From Macrostomum lignano (lineage: Eukaryota): a stretch of DNA of 64,000 bases. The stretch covers positions 90,264-154,263 of the forward strand of contig NIVC01002635.1 in assembly GCA_002269645.1 (NCBI GenBank), given 5' to 3'. Below the pieces are notes generated by a model that had not been told where the DNA came from, made no database searches, and saw nothing but the letters and a program-made list of their open reading frames with translations. A program made the position numbers and the translations under genes. This document shows positions 47,383 through 58,644 of this stretch, piece by piece (positions within the stretch are counted from its first letter, which is position 1; each line of letters starts with the position of its first letter).

Positions 47383-48390
47383 GGGGATTGTGGTTGGGGA
47401 TTGAGGTTGGGGATTGTGGTTGGGGATTGTGGTTGGGGATTGTGGTTGAGGATTGTGGTTGGGGATTGTGGTTGGGGATTGTGGTTGGGGATTGTGGTTG
47501 AGGATTCTGTTTGAGGATTGTGGTTGAGGATTCTGTTTGAGGATTGTGGTTGAGGATTCTGTTTGAGGATTGTGGTTGAGGATTCTGTTTGAGGATTGTG
47601 GTTGAGGATTCTGTTTGAGGATTGTGGTTGAGGATTCTGTTTGAGGATTGTGGTTGAGGATTCTGTTTGAGGATTGTGGTTGAGGATTCTGTTTGAGGAT
47701 TGTGGTTGAGGATTCTGTTTGAGGATTGTGATTGAGGATTCTGTTTGAGGATTGTGGTTGAGGATTCTGTTTGAGGATTGTGGTTGAGGATTCTGTTTGA
47801 GGATTGTGGTTGAGGATTCTGTTTGAGGATTGTGATTGAGGATTCTGTTTGAGGATTGTGGTTGAGGATTCTGTTTGAGGATTGTGGTTGAGGATTCTGT
47901 TTGAGGATTGTGATTGAGGATTCTGTTTGAGGATTGTGGTTGGGGATTGTGGTTGGGGATTGTGGTTGGGGATTCTGTTTGAGGATTGTGGTTGGGGGTT
48001 GTGATTGAGGATTCTGTTTGAGGATTGTGGTTGGGGATTGTGGTTGGGGATTGTGGTTGGGGATTGTGATTGAGGATTCTGTTTGAGGATTGTGGTTGAG
48101 GATTCTGTTTGAGGATTGAGGTTGGGGATTGTGGTTGGGGATTGTGGTTGGGGATTGAGGTTGGGGATTGAGGTTGGGGATTGTGGTTGGGGATTGAGGT
48201 TGGGAATTGAGGTTGGGGATTGTGGTTGGGGATTGAGGTTGGGGATTGTGGTTGGGGATTCTTTGAGGATTGTGGTTGAGGATTCTGTTTGAGGAATCTG
48301 TTTGAGGATTGTGGTTGTGGATTGTGGTTGGGGATTGTGTGCTTGTTGCTTGTTGCTTGCTTGTTGTGGTTGGGGATTGTGATTAAGGAT
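47383..48390. repeat. 13-bp tandem repeat with a central 26-bp dimer higher-order structure
   Basis: TGGGGATTGTGGT at the edges; alternating TGAGGATTCTGTT / TGAGGATTGTGGT in the middle. Confidence 0.95.
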
Positions 48391-48751
48391 AGTGGTTAGG
48401 GGATTGGGATTAGGGGGTTGTGGTTAGGGATCGTGAATGTTAGGGTTGTGGCTGGGGACTGTGGTGTGGGATTCGAAGCTAGGAGGGATATCTGCCCAGT
48501 TTTCAAAAAGGGAAATAAAATAATTTGAACCCACGAGCTGCAGCAAAGCTGCATGCAAATAAAATTAACAAAGGCAGGTCGTGCAGACATTTTTACCGCC
48601 AAACGAGAGGCAGACATCGCAACAAATCTGCTCCGGTGTAGTCTAGCGATTCAGTAATAATAATAATCTAATGTCAGGAACACTGAGTGACAGCTGCAGC
48701 AGCAGGGGTTGTCCCGTCTGTCAGCGCCTCTACCGCGCGGGAGCAACCCTC

Positions 48752-49530
48752 GTTGCCATGCCAACGGAATGCTCAAATTAATACACGGGCAGGTGAGAGA
48801 TCAGCATTGCTTGAGATCTTGAGGCGAGCATGCAGAAATTAGCAGCGTGGGAATGACGGCGCGACTGACTGGCTGGGATAATGGGAAAATACTAGCACCT
48901 GCAGGAACGGTTACCATAGCAACCGAGATTTACGTACAAAACAACTGAAAACTCCGCTTGCTCTGGTAGAGTGCCGTATCTCAGACCACGAACCCCTGTT
49001 GCTATGGTAAAGTGCTGTATCCAAGCCCAGAACCCCGGTTGCTATGGTAACGTGCCGTATCCAAGCCCAGAACCCCGGTTGCTATGGTAACGTGCCGTAT
49101 CCAAGACCAGAACCCCTGTTGCTATGGTAAAGTGCTGTATCCAAGCCAAGAACCCCGGTTGCTATGGTAACGTGCCGTATCAAGACCAGAACCGCTGTTG
49201 CTATGGTAAGTGCCGTATCCAAGCCCAGAACCCCAGTTGCTATGGTAAAGTGCCGTATCCAAGCCCAGAACCCCGGTTGCTATGGTAACGTGCCGTATCC
49301 AAGCCCAGAACCCCGGTTGCTATGGTAACGTGCCGTATCCAAGCCCAGAACCCCGGTTGCTATGGTAAAGTGCCGTATCCAAGACCAGAACCCCGGTTGC
49401 TATGGTAACGTGCCGTATCCAAGCCCAGAACCCCGGTTGCTATGGTAATGTGCCGTATCCAAGACCAACCCCGGTTGCTATGGTAACGTGCCGTATCCAA
49501 GACCAACCCCGGTTGCTATGGTAAAGTGCC
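48752..49530. promoter_or_regulatory. Cluster of RFX X-box motifs
   Basis: GTTGCCATGCCAAC (48752, one mismatch), GTTACCATAGCAAC (48910), and 14 repeat units carrying GTTGCTATGGTAA(C/A/G/T), 7 of them exact GTTGCTATGGTAAC, which fits GTHNYYATRRNAAC. Confidence 0.6.
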
Positions 49531-49545
49531 GTATCCAAGACCAGG
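48998..49545. repeat. 40-bp minisatellite, 14 units
   Basis: GTTGCTATGGTAACGTGCCGTATCCAAGCCCAGAACCCCG. Confidence 0.96.
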
Positions 49546-50187
49546 ACCCCAGACAACAGCAGGCCAACCGAAAACGCAGAACAAGTACCCTGCAAGGCTA
49601 AAATGAAATAAAAAGTGAGAATCACAGTAATCAATAATTGTTAACATTGGCCAGAAAGTCAGTTTTGCACACAAAAGTGACACCAACAGGTAATCGCGCA
49701 CGAGAAGCCGGTGTTTTGGCCTCTCCATGGCACTCTGAGCTTGAAAATAAAATTTGACAGGTGTGTAAGAGGCGTGACAGAAAATTCAATTTACATTAGA
49801 CAATAAAAGGTGACAAGGCCATTTAGTGCGAATGCTGCTGTGACTGCACCTAAAAATCACATCTGAAGCAAAATTTCTGGCGGTGAAATACAAATTTTCA
49901 GACACAATTTTCTACATTTGAAATAAGAAGTTAATGCACAGCGTGACACTACTGGATTGAGTAGTGCAGAAAGCATGAGCAACAGTGGAAGTCAGGCCTA
50001 TATTTAGCGTGAGAAATGGATAATTATCAAAACAACTGGAGTGACCCTGGTAGGGTGCTGCAACAGGTGCGAAAAAATCAATCAGTGATCAGTACAGCAA
50101 TTTTAGCACAGTCAAATAGGGTCTCAATTCTAGCTCTCTACAGATCTCAGGAGCCGCAGCTTTGCAGCGTGAAATGCGGGTGGATGC

Positions 50188-50398
50188 AGTGTCAGCTACC
50201 TACTGCTGCTCAGTAGGCTGTGTCAGCTACCTACTGCTGTTCAGTAGGCTGTGTCAGCTACCTACTGCTGTTCAGTAGGCTGTGTCAGCTACCTACTGCT
50301 GTTCAGTAGGCTGTATCAGCTACCTACTGCTGTTCAGTAGGCTGTCAGCTACCTACTGCTGTTCAGTAGGCTGTCAGCTACCTACTGCTGTTCAGTAA
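50188..50398. repeat. 31/29-bp tandem repeat with an internal hairpin
   Basis: GTGTCAGCTACCTACTGCTGTTCAGTAGGCT; CCTACTG/CAGTAGG inverted pair. Confidence 0.93.
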
Positions 50399-50774
50399 GC
50401 AATGAGAGGAGCATGGGATAAAACAGCCGCTGTCACGTGCAACTAAAACAATAAGTAAAATCTACTTCAAAATCCTCAATAGTAAAATCCCAAAAGGCTA
50501 CAAAAGCGCTCAAAAAGGAATTCTGTATGAATAAAAAGCACAGTTGGGAATGACACGACAGCAACAATAATAAGGCGGAGACATCAAAAGACAGCTATTT
50601 TAAGCATGTAAGACAAAGAAATTGACAGCTTAACGATCAGAAAAATCTAATTTTTATAAGGCAAACTGCATCAGAACCCGGTGAAGATCGCAGAGATCGC
50701 GGCAGTTAGAAACCCAGAAGGCTAAAACTTTTGTTGGCATTAATAAAAACAAGCTCGACTGAGGGCTTAGGATG

Positions 50775-51325
50775 GCTGGGAAGCGAGATGGGGAGGGAGA
50801 GGCTGGGGAGCAAAGATGGAGAGGGAGAGGCTGGGGAGCAAAGATGGAGAGGGAGAGGCTGGGGAGCAAAGATGGAGAGGGAGAGGCTGGGGAGCAAAGA
50901 TGGGGGAGGAGAGGCTGGGGAGTAGAGATGGGGAGGGAGAGGCTGGAGAGCGGAGATGGGGAGGGAGAGGCTGGGGAGCGGAGATGGGGAGGGAGAGGCT
51001 GGAGAGCGGAGATGGGGAGAGAGAGGCTGGGGAGCGGAGAAGGGGAGGGAGAGGCTGGGGAGCAAAGATGGGGGAGGGGAGGCTGGGGAGTAGAGATGGG
51101 GAGGGAGAGGCTGGAGAGCGGAGATGGGGAGGGAGAGGCTGGGGAGCGGAGATGGGAAGAGGCTGGGGAGCGGAGATGGGGAGGGAGAGGCTGGGGAGTA
51201 GAGATGGGGAGAGAGAGGCTGGAGAGCGGAGATGGGAAAGAACAGGCTGGGGAGCGGAGATGGGGAGGGAGAGGCTGGGGAGCGGAGATGGGGAGGGAGA
51301 GGCTGGGGAGCGGAGATGGGGGGGG
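50775..51325. repeat. Purine-rich 28-30-bp tandem repeat
   Basis: GAGGGAGAGGCTGGGGAGCGGAGATGG(G) and variants. Confidence 0.93.
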
Positions 51326-51434
51326 GAATCAGAGCAGGATATTGTGGCCTCAAAGGCTCCCTGAAGTGAGGATTTGCACGGACGCATTGCCCTGACCAAT
51401 CCGCAATGAAAGTCACAGCCAAGCCACTCGCGGC

Positions 51435-52620
51435 TCACTTGGCCGCCTTGAAGAGGAATTTGCGCGCCTCGCGGGACCGGTCAGAGGCCAGCGCCCGCGC
51501 CAGGTCCGCGAGGCCGACCCGGAGCGGCGGCGCCTGCGGGGATTCCGTGGAGTCGCCGGCGGCTGCAGCGAAGGCGCGATCATGCCGGCGCCAGCGAAGG
51601 CCGCGACGGCCGCCTTCGGTGAAGGCCACGACGGCGAGGGAGCCGGGCGCGGTGGCGGAGGCGGAGGCTGACGCGGGCTCGAGGCGGTGCTCGGCGGCAG
51701 CGACGGCACCCTCCAGCAGGTCGAGGAGGCGGCGCTCAACCGCGGCGGCGAGGAGGGCGGCCGCCGATTCGGCAGCGTCGGGGAGGCCGCGGGTTCGCGC
51801 CGCATCCTGCAGGCGCAGCCGTAGCGCCGCCGGGCAGAAAACGGAGGCCGCGGCGGACCGCAGCTGCGGAGGAGGCGTCGGCGGCGTCAATGGAGGAGCA
51901 GGCGGCGGCTTGGTGGCAGGCGGCGGTGGCGGAGCGGGTGGCACCCGGGGCGCAGGCGGCGGCGGTGGCAGCGGCGCGAGTCCCTCGAGGCGGACGCGGC
52001 CCTGCCGGAGGGCGCGGCGATATTCGGGCAGGTGCTGACAGAAGAAGTCCATGAGCTGATTTGAGTCCTGTTTGGAGTTGAGCGCCACTTTCAGCTGGGA
52101 GACAAAGTAGGCCGCATCGATGCGCTCGGAGATGAGGCCGCGCACCAGGCCGGAGATGCGGCGCCAGCGCTCGTCGTCCTCGGCGGAGCTGCCGGCGGTG
52201 CGCGAGCGGCGCAGGAGGGCGCCGAAGAAGCCGGAGCAGCGGGCCGCAGACTCGCTCAGCTCTGGCGGTGTGGGCGCAGGCGGCGGCGCGGGCGGAGCGG
52301 GCGTTGGCGGCAGCCTCTGCAAGGCCGCAGGCGGAAACTGATGCCGCTGCACATACTGATACGGCTGATGGGGAATGTGATGCTGAGGAGGCTGCACTAT
52401 CACGTAATTGCTGGGCTGCACCGGCTGCGGGTAGCGGAAGCCGCCGAATCCGGCCTGCGCGTAGCCGGGGCCGCCAACGTAGGTGGGCTGCGGCATCGGC
52501 GGCGAGGGCGACGGCGCCAGGCCTGCGCCGGGCGCCACAAGGCGGAACTGCGCGGCGCGCGCCTGGCGAAGGGCCGCGCGCGCTCACGGGGGCCGCGTAG
52601 GCGTGGCGGCTGTCCGCCAT
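51435..52620 (-). CDS. TAF4: Divergent TAF4-like protein (TAFH domain + histone fold + conserved C-terminal motif); 5' structure uncertain
   Basis: TAFH-like RCSGFFGALL...ISGLVRGLISERIDAAYFVSQLKVALNS...LMDFFCQHLPEYRRAL. Histone fold FCPAALRLRL...LLAAAVERRLLDLLEGAVAAAEHR. C-terminal LRVGLADLARAL...FLFKAAK. The ATG at 52620 joins this frame only via a 25-nt intron or a frameshift; an internal ATG (MPQPTY) is the alternative start. Confidence 0.82.
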
Positions 52621-52859
52621 CAGGCCAGGCCTTCCTGGCTAGGACTGGCGCCGCAGCCAGTCAGCAATGCGAGCAGCCGCCTGCAGCAGAGCAGCGAGTT
52701 TGGATGTAAAATAGAATTGCAGTTCACCAGCTCCCACTGTCACTCTGTGCACATGAGAGCCAGCAATAAGGCTGTGATGTTGGTTTAATCTAATTGTACC
52801 TCCGCATGTGACTGTGCCCGTGGCCCCGTGCAGTGCTGATTTGGATGACAAATACTTTG

Positions 52860-55800
52860 ACCAAATCTGACTCAACCAAAAACTTGCCTATTATATAACC
52901 TAAAATCCTACTTGACTTATTCAAAACCAAGTGTCATATAAAAACCCAAAACCCAAAACATTAAAACCCAACATAGTGTATCCAAAATAAAATTTGTTTG
53001 TATAATCATAATTTAATACTTGAGTTTATGTAAAAAAACTGCATTAGATTTTAAAAAGGCACTATATAGTTTTATCTTAGACTAAGCAAAATAGGTTATA
53101 TGAGTACATATAGATTTTAGCAAAGACTGAATTTATATTTGTCTTTTTAGTCTCAATATATGGAACTCTGCAAAACTAAATCCAATAGTGATAAGTATAG
53201 TTTATTATAATATATATTAGTTTTACTATAATAAATAAAAATATATGACAACCCATATATAACAATAGAATATAAAACAAAGAATAGATACATTCATTAG
53301 TTAGGTACTTCAGTGAGATTGTGAACAAGCAACCAAAAAAGAAAATTATAAAAAGTGCTATATAAGCTACTTTGAATTAAAAATTTGTTTTATTTTAAAA
53401 GATTAGAAAGAAAATATTTTCAAATACACATATACAATATAGCTCAATTGGATTATTGTTGCATTTATTCAAAAAGAAAGTTAAAATAGGCCTACTTTTG
53501 AAAGAATGTCAAAATTGAAGATTTTTTGCAAAAAATAGATACATTTTAAAAAATTAAGTAAAAACTACATATTTAAGCAGTGTTTAACAAAATATATTCT
53601 AGAAAAAATTGTATATTGTTTCTAAAAATTTAGAAAAAAACTACCTTCTTTATATTTTGCTTTTAACTTTTTTGTTTCTATTCTAGCACTTAATAGTTCA
53701 ATGCTCACATGCTATGATATATTCCCTAGCCAAATGCAAATCAGTTTGAATTTATTTCTGCAAAACTGATGCATTACTATTTTGATTATAAAACAATAAA
53801 AAAGAACTACTAATATATAGTAATAGAAAAATTATTTTGTCAACTCTTTTTTTACTATTATTTTTTGTAATTGCATTTTTGAATTTTTTTATTTATATAA
53901 ATTACTCATATCAAACATGTAGTATTAACTATATTTAATGACAAATTAATTGTAAAAAGTCATTTTAGAGATTTTTTATAGAAAAGACAAAAAATTAAAC
54001 TTGACAAAAAATGATCACAAATTGTTGAAAAAATCCATTGAAAAATAGGCCTAACACAAATTGTAGCTACTAAAATAGTTATAACTGTTTTATCTTTAAC
54101 CAAGTCAAAATTTTAAAAGTAAAGACTTTTTGGAAAAAGGAAAACATGATCTAGTATATCTATTATTATATAAAATAATAACAATTTTTTTACTTTAATT
54201 TTACTTTAAAGCTTTACTAAAGCTTTTACTTTAGTAGTTAAAACTATAAAGAAAAAATTTTTAACTAGTTGTAACTACTATAATACATTTTTGAATTAAT
54301 TAATTATTAAAATGAATCTATAGTACTAGGCCTAGTAGTACCACTACTAGAAATTTATTAAGGGATTGGGGAAGGGCAGATTCTAGACAATAAAGACCCA
54401 AGCCCAAGGGTAAAGGGTAAGGGGGCAGAATGAGAAGGTAGGTACTTCCCTTTAGGCAAAGACCAGAAAAAAATCAAAGGGGAGCTAAGCAAATTTACAC
54501 CAAAAAACAGAACTGCACCCTTTCTGCAATGAAATTTTGGCAATGACTAGGGGCCTACATCATATGCACTATGTGCTAAAAATAAAATCTTGTGAAACTT
54601 GTAAAACATTTGGTTGCTGGTTGCCAGTAAAAATTCTCTTCTGTGCTTGATGCCATTCTGTAAAATGCCCCTATGCCATGCCATCATTGCCATGGCCTAA
54701 CCATAATGGCATAAAGGCTTTCCCCAGCTTAAAAAATGTTAGCCCCCCTAGGCTAGGCCTAATAGAGCTACAACTAAGCAAACACATTTATTAAGGTAAG
54801 GCTCAGTCATGTTCACTTAACAGATCAGGTGCAATGCTATGTTAAGCCAAATTTTTCAATCAAAGAAAAATAGAAGATAGAATCAAAAACTCATTTATTC
54901 GTTTATCCAATATTTAGGGACTCCAGTGAGATTTCGAAATTTTATAATATTTTGTAAACACTATAGGCAGAAACTCATCATAATTACTTATGTAATGTGT
55001 GCAGGTAACTGCTTTCTAATTTCAACCATCCTGCTTCTGAATTGAGATCCTCCGGTTTCGCAACTTTGGCCAAAGTCACTGGAAAGCCCCTGACAACTAC
55101 TTTTTTTCATTGCTTTTTTTTAATTGTGCTTTTCAGTAAGTAGTAAGTAGTAAGAATTTGGCTCAGGCAATTAGCCTGTTTGGCCAATATAGTATAGAGC
55201 TATGTATTTGGAAGGATTTTCGAAATAGAAGTTTATAAAGACGACTTGACGAGTTATTGTAAAAGATGAAGTATTTGAAAGCGCGCCAGAATATTTTTAC
55301 GGTATTTTTGTACGAAAAGTGACGACTAACAACTAACAACGAGTATAAATATTAAAAAAGAAATGAGTACGAATTACGAGGTATAGCTTTGATTGCAAGA
55401 TTACGATATTTGTAAAAGTAAGGTATTTGAAAGAGCGTCTAGAATTTTTTTTTATAAAACGGTTTTCCAGCCCATTAACGAGTCACGACTAACGACAGAA
55501 TAACAAGATTCAAAGCAGGGAAAAATAAAAAATCAATGTCTTACATGTATATATATGACCTTACAGCCGTGTCCCACTCGTGAGGCCATTCTATCCTCGG
55601 AAAACACGGCCTTGCAGCCCAGTAATGAATGCAGCGGTGTAGCGCTGCATGTATTTCTGGCTTTATTTTACGTTGTATTTAATACATTTGCGCACGTATG
55701 CACCAGCCGGTTCTATAAGCCACCGTGGGTGATATTGGTAAACAAGTGTACAATTCAAATTGCATTTTAGCTAGCTATTAAAATAAGCCTGCCTATACAT

Positions 55801-57060
55801 AAAATTTTACCACTTGCCAATTAGTTAGGCTTAGATTTATTTATTGCTCTTTAGACTTTGGAATCATTTAAAATTTACATAACTATATCCTATTTTTTGT
55901 TTAGCCTAGGCAAAATGCATATTTAATAAGCTTTCTAGGCTTCTAAAATCTAATACTAATAGCAATAGATAAAAACTACCTACCTAGTAATTTTTTACCT
56001 AATAGTAATACAAAGCCAAGCCTTCTATTTCAAATCATTGATTATTTTCTACTATTGACTAGTAGGTCTAAGTCTAAAATATTTTCTTTTCTTTTGTGTT
56101 ATAAAGCCTTTATGCTATGTTAGAATATGTTTTTTAATGATAATAAGATTAAGAATCTTTTTTTTCTTTGGATCTAAAATTCATTTGGTCCTTCTTTAAT
56201 TTAAGTAGCTTAGGCCTATCTTTTTATAAGACCTAAGCCTAGCCAATGTTTATAATGTATTATATTAAAATGTTTTAATAATATTTTTTTATGGGAATCA
56301 AAAGTAGGAATATAACTATATAAGATAAAGCATGCCTAAAATAAAAATCTTTTTGAAATAATTAGCCATAGTCTAATCAACTATAGACTAAGTAATAATT
56401 ATTCATTGCCACTATATAAAGTCATGATATCCCTCTAGTTGTGACCTTTTCTTCCCCTCTAATGCTAGGCCTTACCTTTTTCTTTCTAGCCCATATTCTC
56501 TTCTCTAAAGCCTCACCTTCTTTTCCCTTCAGTATTACCCTCCTCCCAGTCCACAATGTTTTCCCATTAAATTCTTACCCTTTTTTCATAATCTCACCCT
56601 CCTACTCCTACCCTCTAGCCCCACCTTCCTAGCCTCTAATCCCACTATCCTTCCCTCCAGCCCCACCCTCCTTCCCTCTAGCCCCGCCCTCCCTTCCAGC
56701 TTCCACCCTTTTCTCTCCTCTAGACCCATCCCTTCTCTCCAGCCCCACCCTTTCCTTCCAGCCCCACCCATTCCCTCCAGCCCCACCCTCCTACCCTCTA
56801 GCCCTGCCCTCCCTTCCAGCTTCCACCCTCTTCTCCCCTCTAGCCTTACCCTCCTTCCCTCCAGCCCACCCTCCTACCCTCTAGCCCCACCCTCCTACCC
56901 TCTAGCCCTGCCCTCCTTCCAGCTTCCAACCTCTTCTTCCCTCCAGCCTCACCCTCCTCCCTCCAGACCCACCCCCTTCCCTCCAGCCCCACCCTCCTAC
57001 CTTCTAGCCCCACCCTCCCCTCCAGCTTCCACCCTCTTCTCCCCTCCAGCCTCACCCTCT
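52860..57060. other. AT-rich, CpG-depleted block, probably a decayed repeat, interrupted by a CpG-containing segment (~54900-55720)
   Basis: By eye, no CG in about 52860-54890 and only one (56685) in about 55760-57060; no coding frame recognised. Confidence 0.65.
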
Positions 57061-57110
57061 TCGCCTTTCTAGCCCCACCCTATTTTTCTATTCAGCCTCA
57101 CCCTTTCTCG
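56570..57110. repeat. Degenerate pyrimidine-rich tandem repeat
   Basis: Variants of CCCTCCAGCCCCACCCTCCTT / CCCTCTAGCCCC. Confidence 0.85.
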
Positions 57111-57180
57111 TAGCTCTGCTAATAAAATTTAATTATCCTTTTCAGAAGTGAAAAATAATATTTCTCTTTTCTCTCTTCAG

Positions 57181-58065
57181 AATGTCCTCGCACCGGTCTT
57201 GAGGTCATACCACGTGCCGGAGCGACTGGTCGCAGCAACCATAACTCTCTTCTAGGAGACCCTGGCCGCCGTGGTGACACCTGACGGACTATCCGACCTG
57301 TTCAAAACGACCTCAGGGATGCTGCAAGGCGACACGCTTGCGTCCAACCGTTTCGTGTTGGTGCTCGATGGGTGCTACGTAGGGCCCTGCCAAGGTGCTA
57401 CGTAGGGCCCTGCCAACAGATGAGGACAGCTTCCTACTGTGCCGGCAAACAAGCAGCCGCCAATCGGAGAAGCGGCTGTCACTCATGGGTTACGCCGACG
57501 ACCTGGCGCTGCCCGCCTCTACGGCTGAGGGAGCTCAGCGCATGCTAGACAGCCTGGTTGGTGGCAGCTGCGGCATCGGTCGGGCTAGCGGTGAACATCG
57601 AGAAGACGGAGGTGATGACTGTACCTGCGGAGCTGCCTATCAAATCACCTGCTGGGACACCCGACGGTCATGCAGCAGCTCTACCTCGCTGCGCGTGCTT
57701 CACGTACCCCGGCGATCTTGTGCCCAGTGTCCAGGAGGACTTGGCGCGACGCAGGGCCTGGCCTGGGCGGCCTTCCGCTCCATCCGAGTCGTCCTGCAGA
57801 ACGCCGCGCTGCCAGACTGCTGCGATCACCTAGCGAGACCCTCCGCAGGCGAAGACATCAGCTGGCGGGCCACACCATCCACGCGGAGGCCTACTGTTCT
57901 CAACCAGTGCAAGACGTCCTGCTGCTCACGATGCAGGGCCCCTGGCGCCGGGGCTACGGCCGGGCGAGTCGCGTCGCGGATTGCCTGTTGGATGGCGCTG
58001 GGGTGATTGGCCAGGCGCACGCTGTTGCCGCCTTTAGAGAGCTCGCACTGAGAGAACTGATCTGA
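57181..58065 (+). mobile_element. Truncated, frameshifted non-LTR retrotransposon reverse transcriptase (RTE-like)
   Basis: Across frames: TTSGMLQGDTLA..., LSLMGYADDLAL..., VGLAVNIEKTEVM, FTYPG, GLAWAAFRSIR. Confidence 0.88.
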
Positions 58066-58644
58066 CATTGCCTCCCATTGTGAACTGTTACTTTTAACTC
58101 AACAATACTGGGTGTGCCTTGTTGTTATTTTCTCTTCAAAAAATTTGCCTAGCTGCGAACTGTGATGGTGCATATCGCGTACTCGTGATTCAATAGCTTA
58201 TACTTATTACTGTTTTACTTATTGCCTTCCGATGTCAATGCTATTTATTGCATGTAATATTATCGCAAAATTTAAGTTCGGGTGTCATTATTTAGCTACT
58301 GCCGCTGTTCTGCATTACAATTATTATAGTACTTCCTATCTACTGACGTAACATTGTACCAAAAATTTTACATTGCGTGGCGCCAAAACCAATCTTGTTG
58401 AATGCTACTAGCGTAATAGCCGTTTGAATCGCTTGAAATACATTGTAATGCCATGCTGTATTGCTTTTGACGATCTAAACGACACTGGCTAGACTTCACT
58501 AATCCATATGCTCCTCAAGCAAGGTATATGGAAAGCAGATTGAGCAGCAAACTTAGTGTTTGATTGATAGAGATATTGTATAGTTGGATCTTTGGATCAC
58601 GGATAGAACCAAGGAATCTAGATCTGGAGGCATGGAGGCATGCG

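Noticed and set aside
50706-52709. Pro-rich and Gly/Arg-rich ORFs around TAF4
   Set aside because: Repeat translations or alternative-frame/antisense shadows of the GC-rich TAF4-like exon.
50775-57110. Purine-rich (50.8 kb) and pyrimidine-rich (56.6 kb) repeats as inverted ends of one element
   Set aside because: Similarity is only compositional; the units do not align.
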